In this document: one piece after another, positions 24,064 through 34,285 of the stretch | How the letters are laid out: each line of letters opens with the position of its first letter | Position numbering within the stretch: the first letter of the stretch is position 1 | Assembly (NCBI GenBank): GCA_964524475.1 | Contig: CAZGCO010000002.1 | Span: 1-39,257, forward strand | DNA: 39,257 nucleotides | DNA from: an uncultured Candidatus Saccharibacteria bacterium | GTDB taxonomy: Bacteria; Patescibacteriota; Minisyncoccia; Phycocordibacterales; UBA1006 | Direction: 5' to 3' | Translations under genes and position numbers: made by a program | Notes under the pieces: model-generated | Database searches by the model: none | What the model was told of the DNA's origin: nothing | The model's input: the letters and a program-made list of their open reading frames with translations, nothing else

Positions 24064-25709
24064 GATATCAATACGGTACCCCTTGAATATCGTTTTGCTT
24101 CACTGGTCACACTTTTTAAATTTAGTTTTTGTTCTGCATCGGGGTCAGGTTCGTCGATACGTGGACAAATAACATACAGCTGTCGTCCCGCGTCCAGTTC
24201 GTTTCGTATTGATGCATACGCCTGTTCTCGTGCTGTGTCTATTTCGGGTATTACTGCGGTAATGACAGGTTTACGACCAGTTGGCATACTGTCGATAACG
24301 GATAAATCCAGGTCGCCATATATCGTGAGTGCGAGCGTTCGGGGAATAGGTGTTGCGGTCATGGATAAATAGTGTGGTGCATGACCTTCTTTTTTGGCGA
24401 GTTTCATACGCTGGTTTGTTCCGAAACGATGTTGTTCGTCGATAATTACCAATCCTAAATCCTGAAATGCGACTGATTTTTGTATCAATGCGTGGGTACC
24501 TATCAGGATAGGGATTTCACCATTTTTAACCAATTTTAATAACTGTGTTCGGGAGATTTCTGTCCATGATTTCTGTTGGGATGCTATTTTACTGGGAAAC
24601 TTGCGACATCCAGATCCAGTAATGAGTCCAATAGAAATTCCCGTATGTTTGAAATATTCAATAAAATTTTCGAATAATTGTGTTGCCAGGACCTCTGTAG
24701 GTGCCATGTATGCTACCTGCAGATTACCGAAATCCTGCCCGTCTGGGCGATTCATAATCGTTGCATAGGTGGCTACAGCTGCCACAAATGTTTTACCACT
24801 CCCTACGTCACCTTCTATCAGTCGTGACATAGGTTTGTCATCTTGCAGGTCTGTCAGTACCTGCTGTAATGCGGTGTTCTGTGCATCAGTAGGTGTAAAG
24901 GGAAATCGTTTCATGAAATCTGTAATATCATGTTTGTCTACATGTAAACGGTATGAAAATAACGATTCATACATACTGCGTTCTTTATTTCGTTTTACAT
25001 GTATGAGAAATATTTCCTGAAATGCAAATCTCTTTCGTGCTGCATCTGCGTGTTCTTTTTTCTCTGGCATATGTATCCATACCAATGCCTTTGCTAAAGT
25101 AGGTAGATTATATTTTTCAAGAATGGCAGTAGGGATTGGGTCAGAAATTATTTCATGGATTTTTGCACGGAGGATTTTTTGAATACTATGATATATCCAT
25201 TTTGAACTGATACCACGTGTTTCTGGATATACTGGATAACCAAAAAATTGTTTTGCATCAGCAGGTGAAAACAGCATGTCTTGTAAATCGATCGGCATAT
25301 CTGGACTGCGTTCTATTTCTGGATTCATGAGACTGCGACCATATTTACCGTCAGTGATTTTGCCGGTTAGTTTCACGGTGTCACCGTCGTGATACATTTT
25401 TGCCAGATATGCCTGATTCAACCAGATGATTTTTATAGTATTACCTATTACATCGGTCAGCGTTGCACTACTCATAGGTACTTTACTCGTAAACGTTTTC
25501 TTTGTTTCCAGTTTTGATATTTTACCGTACAAGGTAGCCAGGTTGCCATCAGTTGCGAGATCAATAGTTGTTGCTGAACTCATGTCGCAATAACGCACAT
25601 GAACATGATACAACAGGTCGGTAAGGGTTGTGTTACGTAATCTAGTTAGGGCTTTTTTCTGATCCGGGGTGAGTCTTGATAATTGTTCAATAGGTGTCGT
25701 AGGGGTCAT
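24048..25709 (-). pseudogene. recG: recG, N-terminal wedge plus helicase motifs I-III
   Basis: LIEGDVGSGKT (Walker A) and VIIDEQHRFG (DEQH). The frame is lost near 24085-24098. Confidence 0.85.
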
Positions 25710-25735
25710 AAAATATGTATGTATTATAGCATAAT

Positions 25736-25765
25736 AAAAAAACTACTGATATCAGTAGTTTTTTT
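25736..25765. terminator. 30-nt perfect palindrome terminator
   Basis: aaaaaaactactgat|atcagtagttttttt. Confidence 0.75.
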
Positions 25766-26146
25766 TTATTTTACAATACCGGTAACTTTTTCTACTAGTT
25801 CATCCAAGGTAAAGTTTGACTTGACCATATAGTCGCTGACACCCATTTCCATACAGGTTTTCATGTCTTTTTCATCACCAAGGTTTGAAAAAACCAATAC
25901 TTGCATAGATTTTGTAGATGGTTCGTTACGTAATGCACGTAATACATCAAAACCAGTCATCACCGGGAGCATGAGGTCTAGAATAACCAAGTTAGGAGAT
26001 TCAGAAACAGTCATGTCGAGACCTGATTTTCCATCACTGGCCATAACCACCGTAAAACCTGATTTTTCAAGTTTGGTTACCGCAAGACTGCGGAGAAAGT
26101 CATCATCCTCGATAATAAGGATCTTTTTTTGAGTATTTTTTTCCAT
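25766..26146 (-). CDS. Single-domain response regulator (CheY-like receiver)
   Basis: ILIIEDDDF...LVILDLMLP...KSM: acidic pocket, phospho-Asp and conserved Lys. 126 aa with no output domain. Confidence 0.88.
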   Translation of the reverse strand: MEKNTQKKILIIEDDDFLRSLAVTKLEKSGFTVVMASDGKSGLDMTVSESPNLVILDLMLPVMTGFDVLRALRNEPSTKSMQVLVFSNLGDEKDMKTCMEMGVSDYMVKSNFTLDELVEKVTGIVK

Positions 26147-26167
26147 ATGATGAATAGTATATATGAA

Positions 26168-26914
26168 TTATGCAGTATCTGCAATCGGTAATTGCACGAA
26201 AAATGTAGTACCAATATCAGGAATACTTTCGAACCAAATATTACCATGATGATAATCAGTTATTTGTTTTGCTACATAGAGACCGAGACCCGTACCTGAA
26301 CCATAACCAACGGCGTTGTCTGCACGATAGAGTTTTGTAAATATTTTGTTCACCGCGTTTTCTGGGATACCGATACCCATGTCGGTTACTGATATAACAA
26401 CTGTATTATGTAATTGTTCTATACGAACCGTCACGGTTGTATCACAGGGTGAATATTTTATCGCGTTTTCTATCAGGTTCTGGAATACAATACCCAGTTT
26501 GTCAGGGTCACCCTGTACCGATGTGGTCGTATCGGGTAGGGTATTAATAATAATAACAGATATGTTTTTTTGGAGAGCTTCACTGGTAAACTGATGTACT
26601 ATTTTTTCTATAAATGATGTTGTGGTAATTGATTGTGGATGAAACTGCATATGCCATTCATGAGTATGATTAACATTAGATAAATCGTTTAATAGTTTTA
26701 GTGCATCAGTGATATTTTTTTGTGATTTTTGTACGAGTTCTTTTTTGTCATCAGGAATGTCGATACCCAGAGACCCATCAGCGAGCATTTCTAAAAACCA
26801 TTTTTCTGCAGTCAGTGGTGTACGTAATTGGTGAATCATCATCGACAAATAGTCAGTACGTTCACCCAACAGACGGTTGAGTTCGTTATTATTCTCTGTA
26901 CGTAGATCGTCCAT
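26168..26914 (-). CDS. Cytoplasmic histidine kinase (HisKA + HATPase_c, no TM or sensor domain)
   Basis: H box MIHQLRTPL, N box NLIENAIKYS, G1 DMGIGI, G2 GSGTGLGL. I prefer the MDDLRT start (26914), because the ORF-track N-terminus is encoded by the upstream palindrome. Confidence 0.85.
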   Translation of the reverse strand: MDDLRTENNNELNRLLGERTDYLSMMIHQLRTPLTAEKWFLEMLADGSLGIDIPDDKKELVQKSQKNITDALKLLNDLSNVNHTHEWHMQFHPQSITTTSFIEKIVHQFTSEALQKNISVIIINTLPDTTTSVQGDPDKLGIVFQNLIENAIKYSPCDTTVTVRIEQLHNTVVISVTDMGIGIPENAVNKIFTKLYRADNAVGYGSGTGLGLYVAKQITDYHHGNIWFESIPDIGTTFFVQLPIADTA

Positions 26915-26953
26915 ATATTTACAGTATATGCCTGTGGTACAGAATGTGCAAGG

Positions 26954-26999
26954 AGTAACACAAACAAAGGACACATATGTGTCCTTTGTTTGTGTTACT
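26954..26999. terminator. 46-nt perfect palindrome terminator
   Basis: agtaacacaaacaaaggacacat|atgtgtcctttgtttgtgttact, checked base by base. Confidence 0.8.
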
Positions 27000-27006
27000 T
27001 GATATT

Positions 27007-28191
27007 TTATTCTTTACTGTATGCCCCTACGGTGTAACTGTTTCCAGGATCCCATATCATATAGGAATGAATACCCAGTTTTTCAAGGGCGTTTATTTGT
27101 GCGCGAACCTCGGTTATGCCATATTGTGCTCCCATATTAAAATCTTGTATCCATGGACGAAACACTGATGGTTCCATATTCAACGTTTTTGCCTGGTCGA
27201 TACCACCTTGCATAGCAATGGTGACTATTTCACCTGGGTGTGCTGCAGGGTTTGCAAAATTATGAAAATTCTTTGGATAATGTGACGGATAAATCATGGG
27301 TGCAATATAATCAAAATATGGTAATGCACGCACGAGAACCTGTCCAATACCCAGATCGTCGGTATTTGTTGTGGTCATTCCGAACAAGTCTGCTGATGTA
27401 GGAATATTTCGTTCTACACGGAGCTGATTGTTGAGATAAGCAAAGAAATTTTCGATATGATCTGCACGGGTTAGATTACCATCTGTTGGATAACTGATGT
27501 CCTGGATATTACCATCACTGGGGAAACGAACATAATCAAAATTAATCTCATCAAAACCTGCTTCATAACTACCAATAGCTAGATTCGTCATATAATCCCA
27601 TACAGGTTTTTTTGTTGGATCCAGGAATGATAATCCCTTGCGGTCTTTCCAGATTGATCCATCAGATTTTTTATTGATTGCCCATTGTGGATATGCGTGG
27701 GTGAGATAAGGATCCTGAAAAACAGCAATACGTCCGATAACGTAGATATTTTTATCATGAAGCGTTTTTATCAGGGTATTTATGTCAGCAATACGTGCTA
27801 CAGGCGAACCTGTTTTTTGTACAACATCATTGTTAACCATAAATGAAACACGCCCAGTATCATCCTTGATATCAATAATCACCGCATTAATATTTGTATC
27901 ATCAATTAATTGTATTATTTTATTACGCATCGTGGTACCACTGGCTACCCATGATGACATGTATAATGCACGAACGTGTGTTGGTGTTGGTATGTGGGTT
28001 ACCTGTACTTGTGGTTGGGTAGCTACTGGTACCGTTTGTTCTGTTTCAGTAACCTGCGGTGTTGTTTGTTGCGCTGGCGTTTCTTTCTTTTGTATACTTC
28101 CTGAGACAGGCTGTAATAATAAAAAACCAACACCAAATACCGCAATAAACAAGAGTGTCACAATAATAATGAGGACGTGATGATTTTTCAT
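27007..28191 (-). CDS. Signal-anchored putative glycoside hydrolase (DUF4015/GHL-type TIM barrel)
   Basis: N-terminal TM, then VRALYMSSW....N..I.L.....INAVIIDIKDD.G and FDYVRFP, typical of this family. Confidence 0.7.
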   Translation of the reverse strand: MKNHHVLIIIVTLLFIAVFGVGFLLLQPVSGSIQKKETPAQQTTPQVTETEQTVPVATQPQVQVTHIPTPTHVRALYMSSWVASGTTMRNKIIQLIDDTNINAVIIDIKDDTGRVSFMVNNDVVQKTGSPVARIADINTLIKTLHDKNIYVIGRIAVFQDPYLTHAYPQWAINKKSDGSIWKDRKGLSFLDPTKKPVWDYMTNLAIGSYEAGFDEINFDYVRFPSDGNIQDISYPTDGNLTRADHIENFFAYLNNQLRVERNIPTSADLFGMTTTNTDDLGIGQVLVRALPYFDYIAPMIYPSHYPKNFHNFANPAAHPGEIVTIAMQGGIDQAKTLNMEPSVFRPWIQDFNMGAQYGITEVRAQINALEKLGIHSYMIWDPGNSYTVGAYSKE

Positions 28192-28205
28192 AGAAAGAGA
28201 ATGAA

Positions 28206-28859
28206 TTATTTGCGATTTTGAAACGCACTAGCTAATGTGTCGGGGTCACTATATTCTACCTCGGTTCCTGTAGAAAATCCACGTCCCAATTGTGAAATAG
28301 TAAATTCATATTTTTGTGCCCAGGGAGAAAGTTTTTGTTTTACGATTTGTGCGGTGCGGTCACCTTCTGGATGTGCAGATAATGCAAAGATGATTTCTGA
28401 AATTCCGACGGTGTCTGCCCAGGGGAGGTCCCGGGTAATTTTCCCTGTACATTTTTGTTCAATAATACGCAACAGTTCATCAATACGAATAGATTTTGAT
28501 AAATCTGTATCAAGAATAGGAGCAAGTCCACCCAAGACAAAATAATGTCCAGAAAATGCATGTGATTTTTCTATGGCATCTATATCAGTATCTTTTTCTA
28601 CAATCATCATAATACGTGAATCACGTGATGGGTCGGTAATCAGCGGTGCGTATGTTTGTGTGGGTTCGGTAGGCGCAAAATATTGAAAACTAATAGGACA
28701 AATACGCATGCTTTTCGGGACGGTATTAATTAATCCTGCCAGTTTTTGGGTATAGCTGGATCCACTGCGTAATATGAAATACGCAAAACGCCTGGCTTGG
28801 CGTGGGCCAATACCAGGAAATTTTGTAAATGATTGTGATAATTCGTCGAGTGGGTTCAT
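28206..28859 (-). CDS. recR: Recombination protein RecR (zinc-finger cysteines missing)
   Basis: FPGIGPRQARRFAYFIL (HhH), Toprim-like MIVEKDTDIDAIEKS..FSGHYFVLGG and the C-terminal EVEYSDPDTL. Confidence 0.85.
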   Translation of the reverse strand: MNPLDELSQSFTKFPGIGPRQARRFAYFILRSGSSYTQKLAGLINTVPKSMRICPISFQYFAPTEPTQTYAPLITDPSRDSRIMMIVEKDTDIDAIEKSHAFSGHYFVLGGLAPILDTDLSKSIRIDELLRIIEQKCTGKITRDLPWADTVGISEIIFALSAHPEGDRTAQIVKQKLSPWAQKYEFTISQLGRGFSTGTEVEYSDPDTLASAFQNRK

Positions 28860-28862
28860 ATA

Positions 28863-30299
28863 CTAAAAATCATCATCAGGCACTCCACCGAATGGGGTGT
28901 TTTTCTTTGAAAAATCATCAAAACTATTTCGGTCAATATCCATGAATGTTGTTTTTGCGCTATCAAAATGTAATTCCAAATCTCCAATTGCACCGTTTCT
29001 GTGTTTTGCAATGATAATCTTTGTGGTACCTGTTTGTTCTTCTTTGGGTTTAAATCTATCTTCACTGTGAATGAACATTACGACATCCGCGTCCTGTTCA
29101 ATAGATCCTGAATCACGGAGATCGGACAGTCGTGGTTCTCCTCCACGGGATTCTACCGCACGGGACAACTGTGATAGGGCAATTACGGGAACTTTTAATT
29201 CTCGAGCGAGACCTTTCAGAGCACGTGAGATTTCTGTTACCTGGTTTACCATACTGTCATAGTTTTTCGTAGTATGGATGAGCTGGAGATAATCCACGAG
29301 GATGAGCCCCAGTCCGTGTTCAGCCTTGAGTCGTCGTGCCACCGAACGCATCTGGAGTATCGTGGTACCTGGAGTATCATCAATATATATAGGTGCCTTG
29401 CCAAGTCTGGCTGATGCTTCCTGGAGCATATCCATATCATGTTCGGTGAGTGCGATACCTGTACGCATTTTCCATGCATCTACCTTGGCCTCTGCAGAGA
29501 GCATACGATCAACGAGTGATTGTGCGGACATTTCAAGTGAGAAGACTCCTACGGGAATATTGTGATGGAGTGCAGCATGACGAGCCAGGTCGAGCGCAAG
29601 GGATGTTTTTCCCATCGACGGACGTGCAGCAAGAATAACAAGATCGGACTGTTGAAACCCAGAGAGTTTTTTATCCATATCACGAAATCCTGTCGGTACA
29701 CCACGGAGTTCACCTGTGTTGTCTTTTAATTTCATGAGCAGTTCCCATGTCATGGGCAAGATTTCACGAATACCGGTGAATTTTTTTGCATTAGTTCCAC
29801 GATTGGTAATACCCATGATTTTTTTCTCTGCAGTGTCGAGTACATGTTCTACTTCGTCACCTTCGTTAAATGCATGTTCAACGATTTCATCACCCGCATT
29901 AATGAGACTACGTAATATAGATTTTTTGTTTACGATACTTGCATAATAATCCATGTTTGTAGCACTTGGTACCATACCAGTAATTTCTGCCAGATATGAT
30001 CCACCACCCACGGTGTCGAACAAATTGTTTTCACGCAGACGTGTGGTCAGGGTTACGATATCAATCGGTTCGTTTTTGCGAGAAAGCTCCATCATCTCAC
30101 GATAAATAATACGATGCTTTTCTACATAAAAAGAATCAGGAGAAATAATATCACCAATATCATAAATAATCTGTGGACGTAATAATACCGAACCAAGTAA
30201 TGCCTTTTCTGCATCAATGTTTTGTGGGGGTACACGCATACCACGAGATACTGATGGTGTCGGAGTAAATGATTTTTTTGTGAATGTTTTTTCTGACAT
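28863..30299 (-). CDS. dnaB: Replicative DNA helicase DnaB
   Basis: PPQNIDAEKALLGSVL, Walker A AARPSMGKTS and SQLSRAVESR. Confidence 0.93.
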   Translation of the reverse strand: MSEKTFTKKSFTPTPSVSRGMRVPPQNIDAEKALLGSVLLRPQIIYDIGDIISPDSFYVEKHRIIYREMMELSRKNEPIDIVTLTTRLRENNLFDTVGGGSYLAEITGMVPSATNMDYYASIVNKKSILRSLINAGDEIVEHAFNEGDEVEHVLDTAEKKIMGITNRGTNAKKFTGIREILPMTWELLMKLKDNTGELRGVPTGFRDMDKKLSGFQQSDLVILAARPSMGKTSLALDLARHAALHHNIPVGVFSLEMSAQSLVDRMLSAEAKVDAWKMRTGIALTEHDMDMLQEASARLGKAPIYIDDTPGTTILQMRSVARRLKAEHGLGLILVDYLQLIHTTKNYDSMVNQVTEISRALKGLARELKVPVIALSQLSRAVESRGGEPRLSDLRDSGSIEQDADVVMFIHSEDRFKPKEEQTGTTKIIIAKHRNGAIGDLELHFDSAKTTFMDIDRNSFDDFSKKNTPFGGVPDDDF

Positions 30300-30513
30300 A
30301 AAATTTATGACATTATCATATCATACAGCTCTGTGCTGTGCTACTATTATAAAAAATACCTGTTATTTCCATGTGATTTAAGGTGGGGAATACATGTGTG
30401 GAAAAAATAGTCCCTTTGTTTTTATGGTGATATAAAAAGCTTTAGTAAATGTCAAAAAAATAATATTTTTTCCTTGCTTGTCTATATTGCTTGATATATA
30501 ATATAAACAATAT

Positions 30514-32730
30514 ATGGATCTCTCTCAAATCACCTACATAGGAAAAACTGATTTCAGAAATACCCTGACCCAGTTCGGTATCCGCGCAAAGGATCGTTTT
30601 CGTCATATGTATATCATTGGAAAATCAGGAACAGGAAAAACAACTCTTATAGAGAACCTTATCGTACAGGATATCTATCACGGTAATGGTGTGGCGTTTA
30701 TTGATCCACACGGTGAAAGTGCTGACAAAATATTAAAATACATTCCGACGTCACGTATTCATGATGTGATTTATTTTAATCCTGGTGACAGTGAATATCC
30801 TGTAGCGTTTAATCCCATGGAAATATCTGATAATGCGACTGCTGCAGAACGGTCACTCATTACCGATGGACTCATGACCGTGTTCAAGAAAATCTGGCCA
30901 GATGCGTTTTCAGGACGTATGGAATACATATTGAATAATACTATGTTGGCACTGTTGGAATATCCCGAACCGTCACTCCTGGGTATTAATCGTATGCTTA
31001 CCGACAAAGAATATCGTAAAAAAGTAGTCATGAATGTACAGGATCCGACAGTACGTAATGCATGGGATGAATTAAACAAATGGGATGACAAGAGATGGAG
31101 TGAAGCAATCGGGGCACTGGTAAACAAAATCGGACAATTCACAACCAATCCAATCGTACGTAATATCATTGGACAGCCGAAATCTACCTTCAATTTCCGT
31201 CAGGTGATGGACGAGAAAAAAATCCTCATTATGAATATGTCCAAGGGGCTTATCGGAGATCAATCCGCAGCGCTCCTGGGTGCGATGCTCATCACAAAAA
31301 TATATTTGGCTGGTATGTCACGTGCGAATATGACAGCAGAACAATTGGAACAAGCTGCACCACTGTATTTTTATGTGGATGAGTTTCAAAACTTTGCAAA
31401 TGATAGTTTTGCAAATATATTATCAGAAGCACGCAAGTATAAACTAGCACTGATTGTTGCGAATCAATATATTGCACAGATGGAAGAAACGATTCGTGAT
31501 GCAGTATTCGGGAACATGGGAACAACGATTACATTTCGTCTGGGGCCATTGGATGCAGAGTTCGTAGAGCGTGTATATGCACCTGTGTTCACCAGTGAAG
31601 ATTTACAAAACATTGCGTTTGGACAGATATTCCTCACGCTCCTCATTGACGGTATGGCATCGAAACCTTTTTCTGCACTTACACTTCCACCGATACAGCC
31701 AACCGAAGAACCACAACGCGATCGTGTTATTGATGAATCACGGCGTGTATATGCACGAACACGCAAAGCTGTCGAAGAAAAAATCATGGCATGGTTCATG
31801 GAACAACGCAGTTTCAAGAATGCTCAAAAATCAAGTGACGAAAAACCAATAGGTGAATCAGGAGTATCAGGAACAGGTGCATCACGTACCTATACTGCAC
31901 CCGTAAAAAAACCAGTGGAGACAGTGGTTGTTTCTGCTCTTGAAATACCACCACCAATAAAGCCAGGATTCGTGAATCATGTCGAAGAAGTCATTAGTGA
32001 TACAGAAACAGAAGCAGAATTAGAAGACATATTAGGATTCGATATATTAGTACCTGTTCATGAATCACTACCTGCCGCAAAACCGGTTGCTCCGGTGATT
32101 ACATCACAAAAATCTGTAATGCCGCCTGTATTACAAAAAACAGAAAACAATAAACCATTTCTCAAAAAAGAATTTACAAAAAAACCAGAACAAAAATTTG
32201 TAAAAAATACTCCTTACAATAATGGAATAAAGAATACATCTCAGACGGGTCCTGCAGTGTCATCAATAAAAACATCAGTAAAAAAACCAGATGAGATGAT
32301 AAAATTGTTCATACCAAAATCAGTTATACCTAATAAAAAACCAGAACAAAAAATAATCAAACCAGAAGTACAAAAAACACCATTAACTATACCCGTAACA
32401 CAAAAACCATTTATCAAAAAAGATTTTTCAAAAGCTGCAAAATCTGAAACAAAAAATGCACTCCTTGAGCTCTTGCAAAAAACAGAACGAGAAAGAAATA
32501 AAGAGGTGGTACAAAAACAAGAAAACATACAACAAAAAGATAATGAAAAACCAAAAGCATTACAACAGGTTTTAAAAAAAACCAAAACTAACAAAGAGCG
32601 ATTAGAAGAAATATTTCAAAAATCTGCAACATATCGAGGAGGTGACGATCTCCCAGAAAAAAAATCAGATGACGGAGTAGTCAAAGAAGTTCCCTTACGA
32701 GTACTCCAAGACTTGTTCCAATCGGTATAA
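30514..32730 (+). CDS. TraD/VirD4/TrwB-like P-loop ATPase without TM anchor, with about 300-aa Lys/Pro-rich tail
   Basis: Walker A GKSGTGKT, Walker B-like LYFYVDEFQNF and ARKYKLALIVANQY. The tail contains KKPEQK-type repeats. Confidence 0.75.
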   Translation: MDLSQITYIGKTDFRNTLTQFGIRAKDRFRHMYIIGKSGTGKTTLIENLIVQDIYHGNGVAFIDPHGESADKILKYIPTSRIHDVIYFNPGDSEYPVAFNPMEISDNATAAERSLITDGLMTVFKKIWPDAFSGRMEYILNNTMLALLEYPEPSLLGINRMLTDKEYRKKVVMNVQDPTVRNAWDELNKWDDKRWSEAIGALVNKIGQFTTNPIVRNIIGQPKSTFNFRQVMDEKKILIMNMSKGLIGDQSAALLGAMLITKIYLAGMSRANMTAEQLEQAAPLYFYVDEFQNFANDSFANILSEARKYKLALIVANQYIAQMEETIRDAVFGNMGTTITFRLGPLDAEFVERVYAPVFTSEDLQNIAFGQIFLTLLIDGMASKPFSALTLPPIQPTEEPQRDRVIDESRRVYARTRKAVEEKIMAWFMEQRSFKNAQKSSDEKPIGESGVSGTGASRTYTAPVKKPVETVVVSALEIPPPIKPGFVNHVEEVISDTETEAELEDILGFDILVPVHESLPAAKPVAPVITSQKSVMPPVLQKTENNKPFLKKEFTKKPEQKFVKNTPYNNGIKNTSQTGPAVSSIKTSVKKPDEMIKLFIPKSVIPNKKPEQKIIKPEVQKTPLTIPVTQKPFIKKDFSKAAKSETKNALLELLQKTERERNKEVVQKQENIQQKDNEKPKALQQVLKKTKTNKERLEEIFQKSATYRGGDDLPEKKSDDGVVKEVPLRVLQDLFQSV

Positions 32731-32742
32731 TTATAGGTGTAT

Positions 32743-34278
32743 ATGAAAACTTTATTTTTTAATATATTATATCGTATAAATATTTTGAAATGTATACAAA
32801 AAACCATTTTCTCTATGGGGGTGGTTTTTTGTTTGTCTGTTGGACATATTACCCATGCAGATATTATTATTAATGAAATTGCATGGATGGGTACAACAAC
32901 CTCAACGGCTGATGAATGGATAGAGTTATATAATAATGGCGCCAGTCCAGTGAATATAGATGGTTGGTCGTTATCTGCATCAGATGGATCACCAGTAATT
33001 TCATTGTCAGGTAGTATCTCTGCCGGAGGGTATGCAGTATTAGAGCGTACTGATGATACAACAGTTCCCGGAGTAACCGCGTTGGTAATATATACTGGAG
33101 CATTATCAAATGACGGTGAGCATTTGATATTAAAAAATAATACCAATCAAACCATGGATGAAATAAACGCTATCGGTGGATGGCCAAAGGGCGATGCAGA
33201 TACAAAGAAAACCATGCAAAAAAATAGTGGTGTTTGGGTAACAGGAACAGCTACACCAGGATTGATAAATGTTACTACCGACGATACGTCTTCTTCAGGA
33301 GTAAGCGGTAGTGGAAGTGGTTCAGGAACAAGTACGACTACTACAAATACTACTTCAAAAGAAGAAGATACAGAAAGAATTGAAATTTATAAAGACCCTA
33401 CATATTCTGCACGTATGGTATTACCAAATATTATTGTCACAGGAAATCCATTCCCTGTGTCAGCAATAGTAATGCAAGATGAAAAATATAAATTATTAAC
33501 AGGAAAATATGAATGGAGTATGGGTGATGGGGAATTTTTTACCTATAATGAAAATAAATTATTTGATTATACGTACGAATATCCAGGTGAATATATTATA
33601 CAGTTTCGATATTATCCTAGTATCTTTAGTACAGAACCCAGCAGTCTCCATGAAAGGAAAATTACAGTAATACCAGATGCTGTATATATTGAAAAGATTT
33701 CTACTAGCGGTGTTGTTACCTTGAAAAACATGTCGACAAATACCGTCGATATCAAGGGGTGGAAAATTGTAAACAAGATAAATGGAGATAGTTTTATTTT
33801 TCCTGTAACGTCGGTCCCCGTAAATGGTCAAATTTATATAGGTCCAGAAAAAACAGGAAAAGTATTTCCTATAAAAAATACAATACTCTTGAACGCATTA
33901 GGAAGAGAAACATTTCGACCTCTATCAGAAAAGAATATGACTGACAGTGGGTGGTCTATGGGTGAAAATAATCCCTATGATACATTATCTGCAACAGGGG
34001 ATATAGAACTGTTGTCTGATATTAATCCTGATGCATTTGTTACACAAAACAATCCTGATACAGAGAGTCGTTTCGGTGCGTCAATATATCAGCTGGGTGA
34101 CATATTGAGAAATATATTACGACAAGGAAAATCCCCGATGGTTGTATTGATTTTATTATTAGGAATAGTATCTGGAATATTTTTTTTGGCAGAATATTAT
34201 ATACATAAAAAACAAAATAAACGAGACAGATTAGAAGATAGTGAAATATCTGGAGATACGGGCGAAACTATGTTATAG
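32743..34278 (+). CDS. Membrane-anchored lamin-tail-domain (LTD) / PKD-like surface protein
   Basis: IIINEIAWMGTTTSTADEWIELYNNGASPVNIDGWSL (LTD), YEWSMGDGEFF...YTYEYPGEY (PKD-like), a second LTD-like VTLKNMSTNTVDIKGWKI and a C-terminal TM helix. Confidence 0.8.
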   Translation: MKTLFFNILYRINILKCIQKTIFSMGVVFCLSVGHITHADIIINEIAWMGTTTSTADEWIELYNNGASPVNIDGWSLSASDGSPVISLSGSISAGGYAVLERTDDTTVPGVTALVIYTGALSNDGEHLILKNNTNQTMDEINAIGGWPKGDADTKKTMQKNSGVWVTGTATPGLINVTTDDTSSSGVSGSGSGSGTSTTTTNTTSKEEDTERIEIYKDPTYSARMVLPNIIVTGNPFPVSAIVMQDEKYKLLTGKYEWSMGDGEFFTYNENKLFDYTYEYPGEYIIQFRYYPSIFSTEPSSLHERKITVIPDAVYIEKISTSGVVTLKNMSTNTVDIKGWKIVNKINGDSFIFPVTSVPVNGQIYIGPEKTGKVFPIKNTILLNALGRETFRPLSEKNMTDSGWSMGENNPYDTLSATGDIELLSDINPDAFVTQNNPDTESRFGASIYQLGDILRNILRQGKSPMVVLILLLGIVSGIFFLAEYYIHKKQNKRDRLEDSEISGDTGETML

Positions 34279-34285
34279 TCAGGAT

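Noticed and set aside
30300-30513. Replication origin upstream of dnaB
   Set aside because: There is only one near-consensus DnaA box (tgtggaaaa, about 30393-30401). Scattered 7/9 matches lie elsewhere (about 634, 4065, 34923). There is no box cluster, and dnaA and dnaN are not present.
32176-32353. Direct DNA repeat aaaaaaccagaacaaaaa (32178-32196 and 32335-32353)
   Set aside because: It lies within the low-complexity Lys/Pro tail and reflects repeated KKPEQK codons, not a mobile or regulatory repeat.
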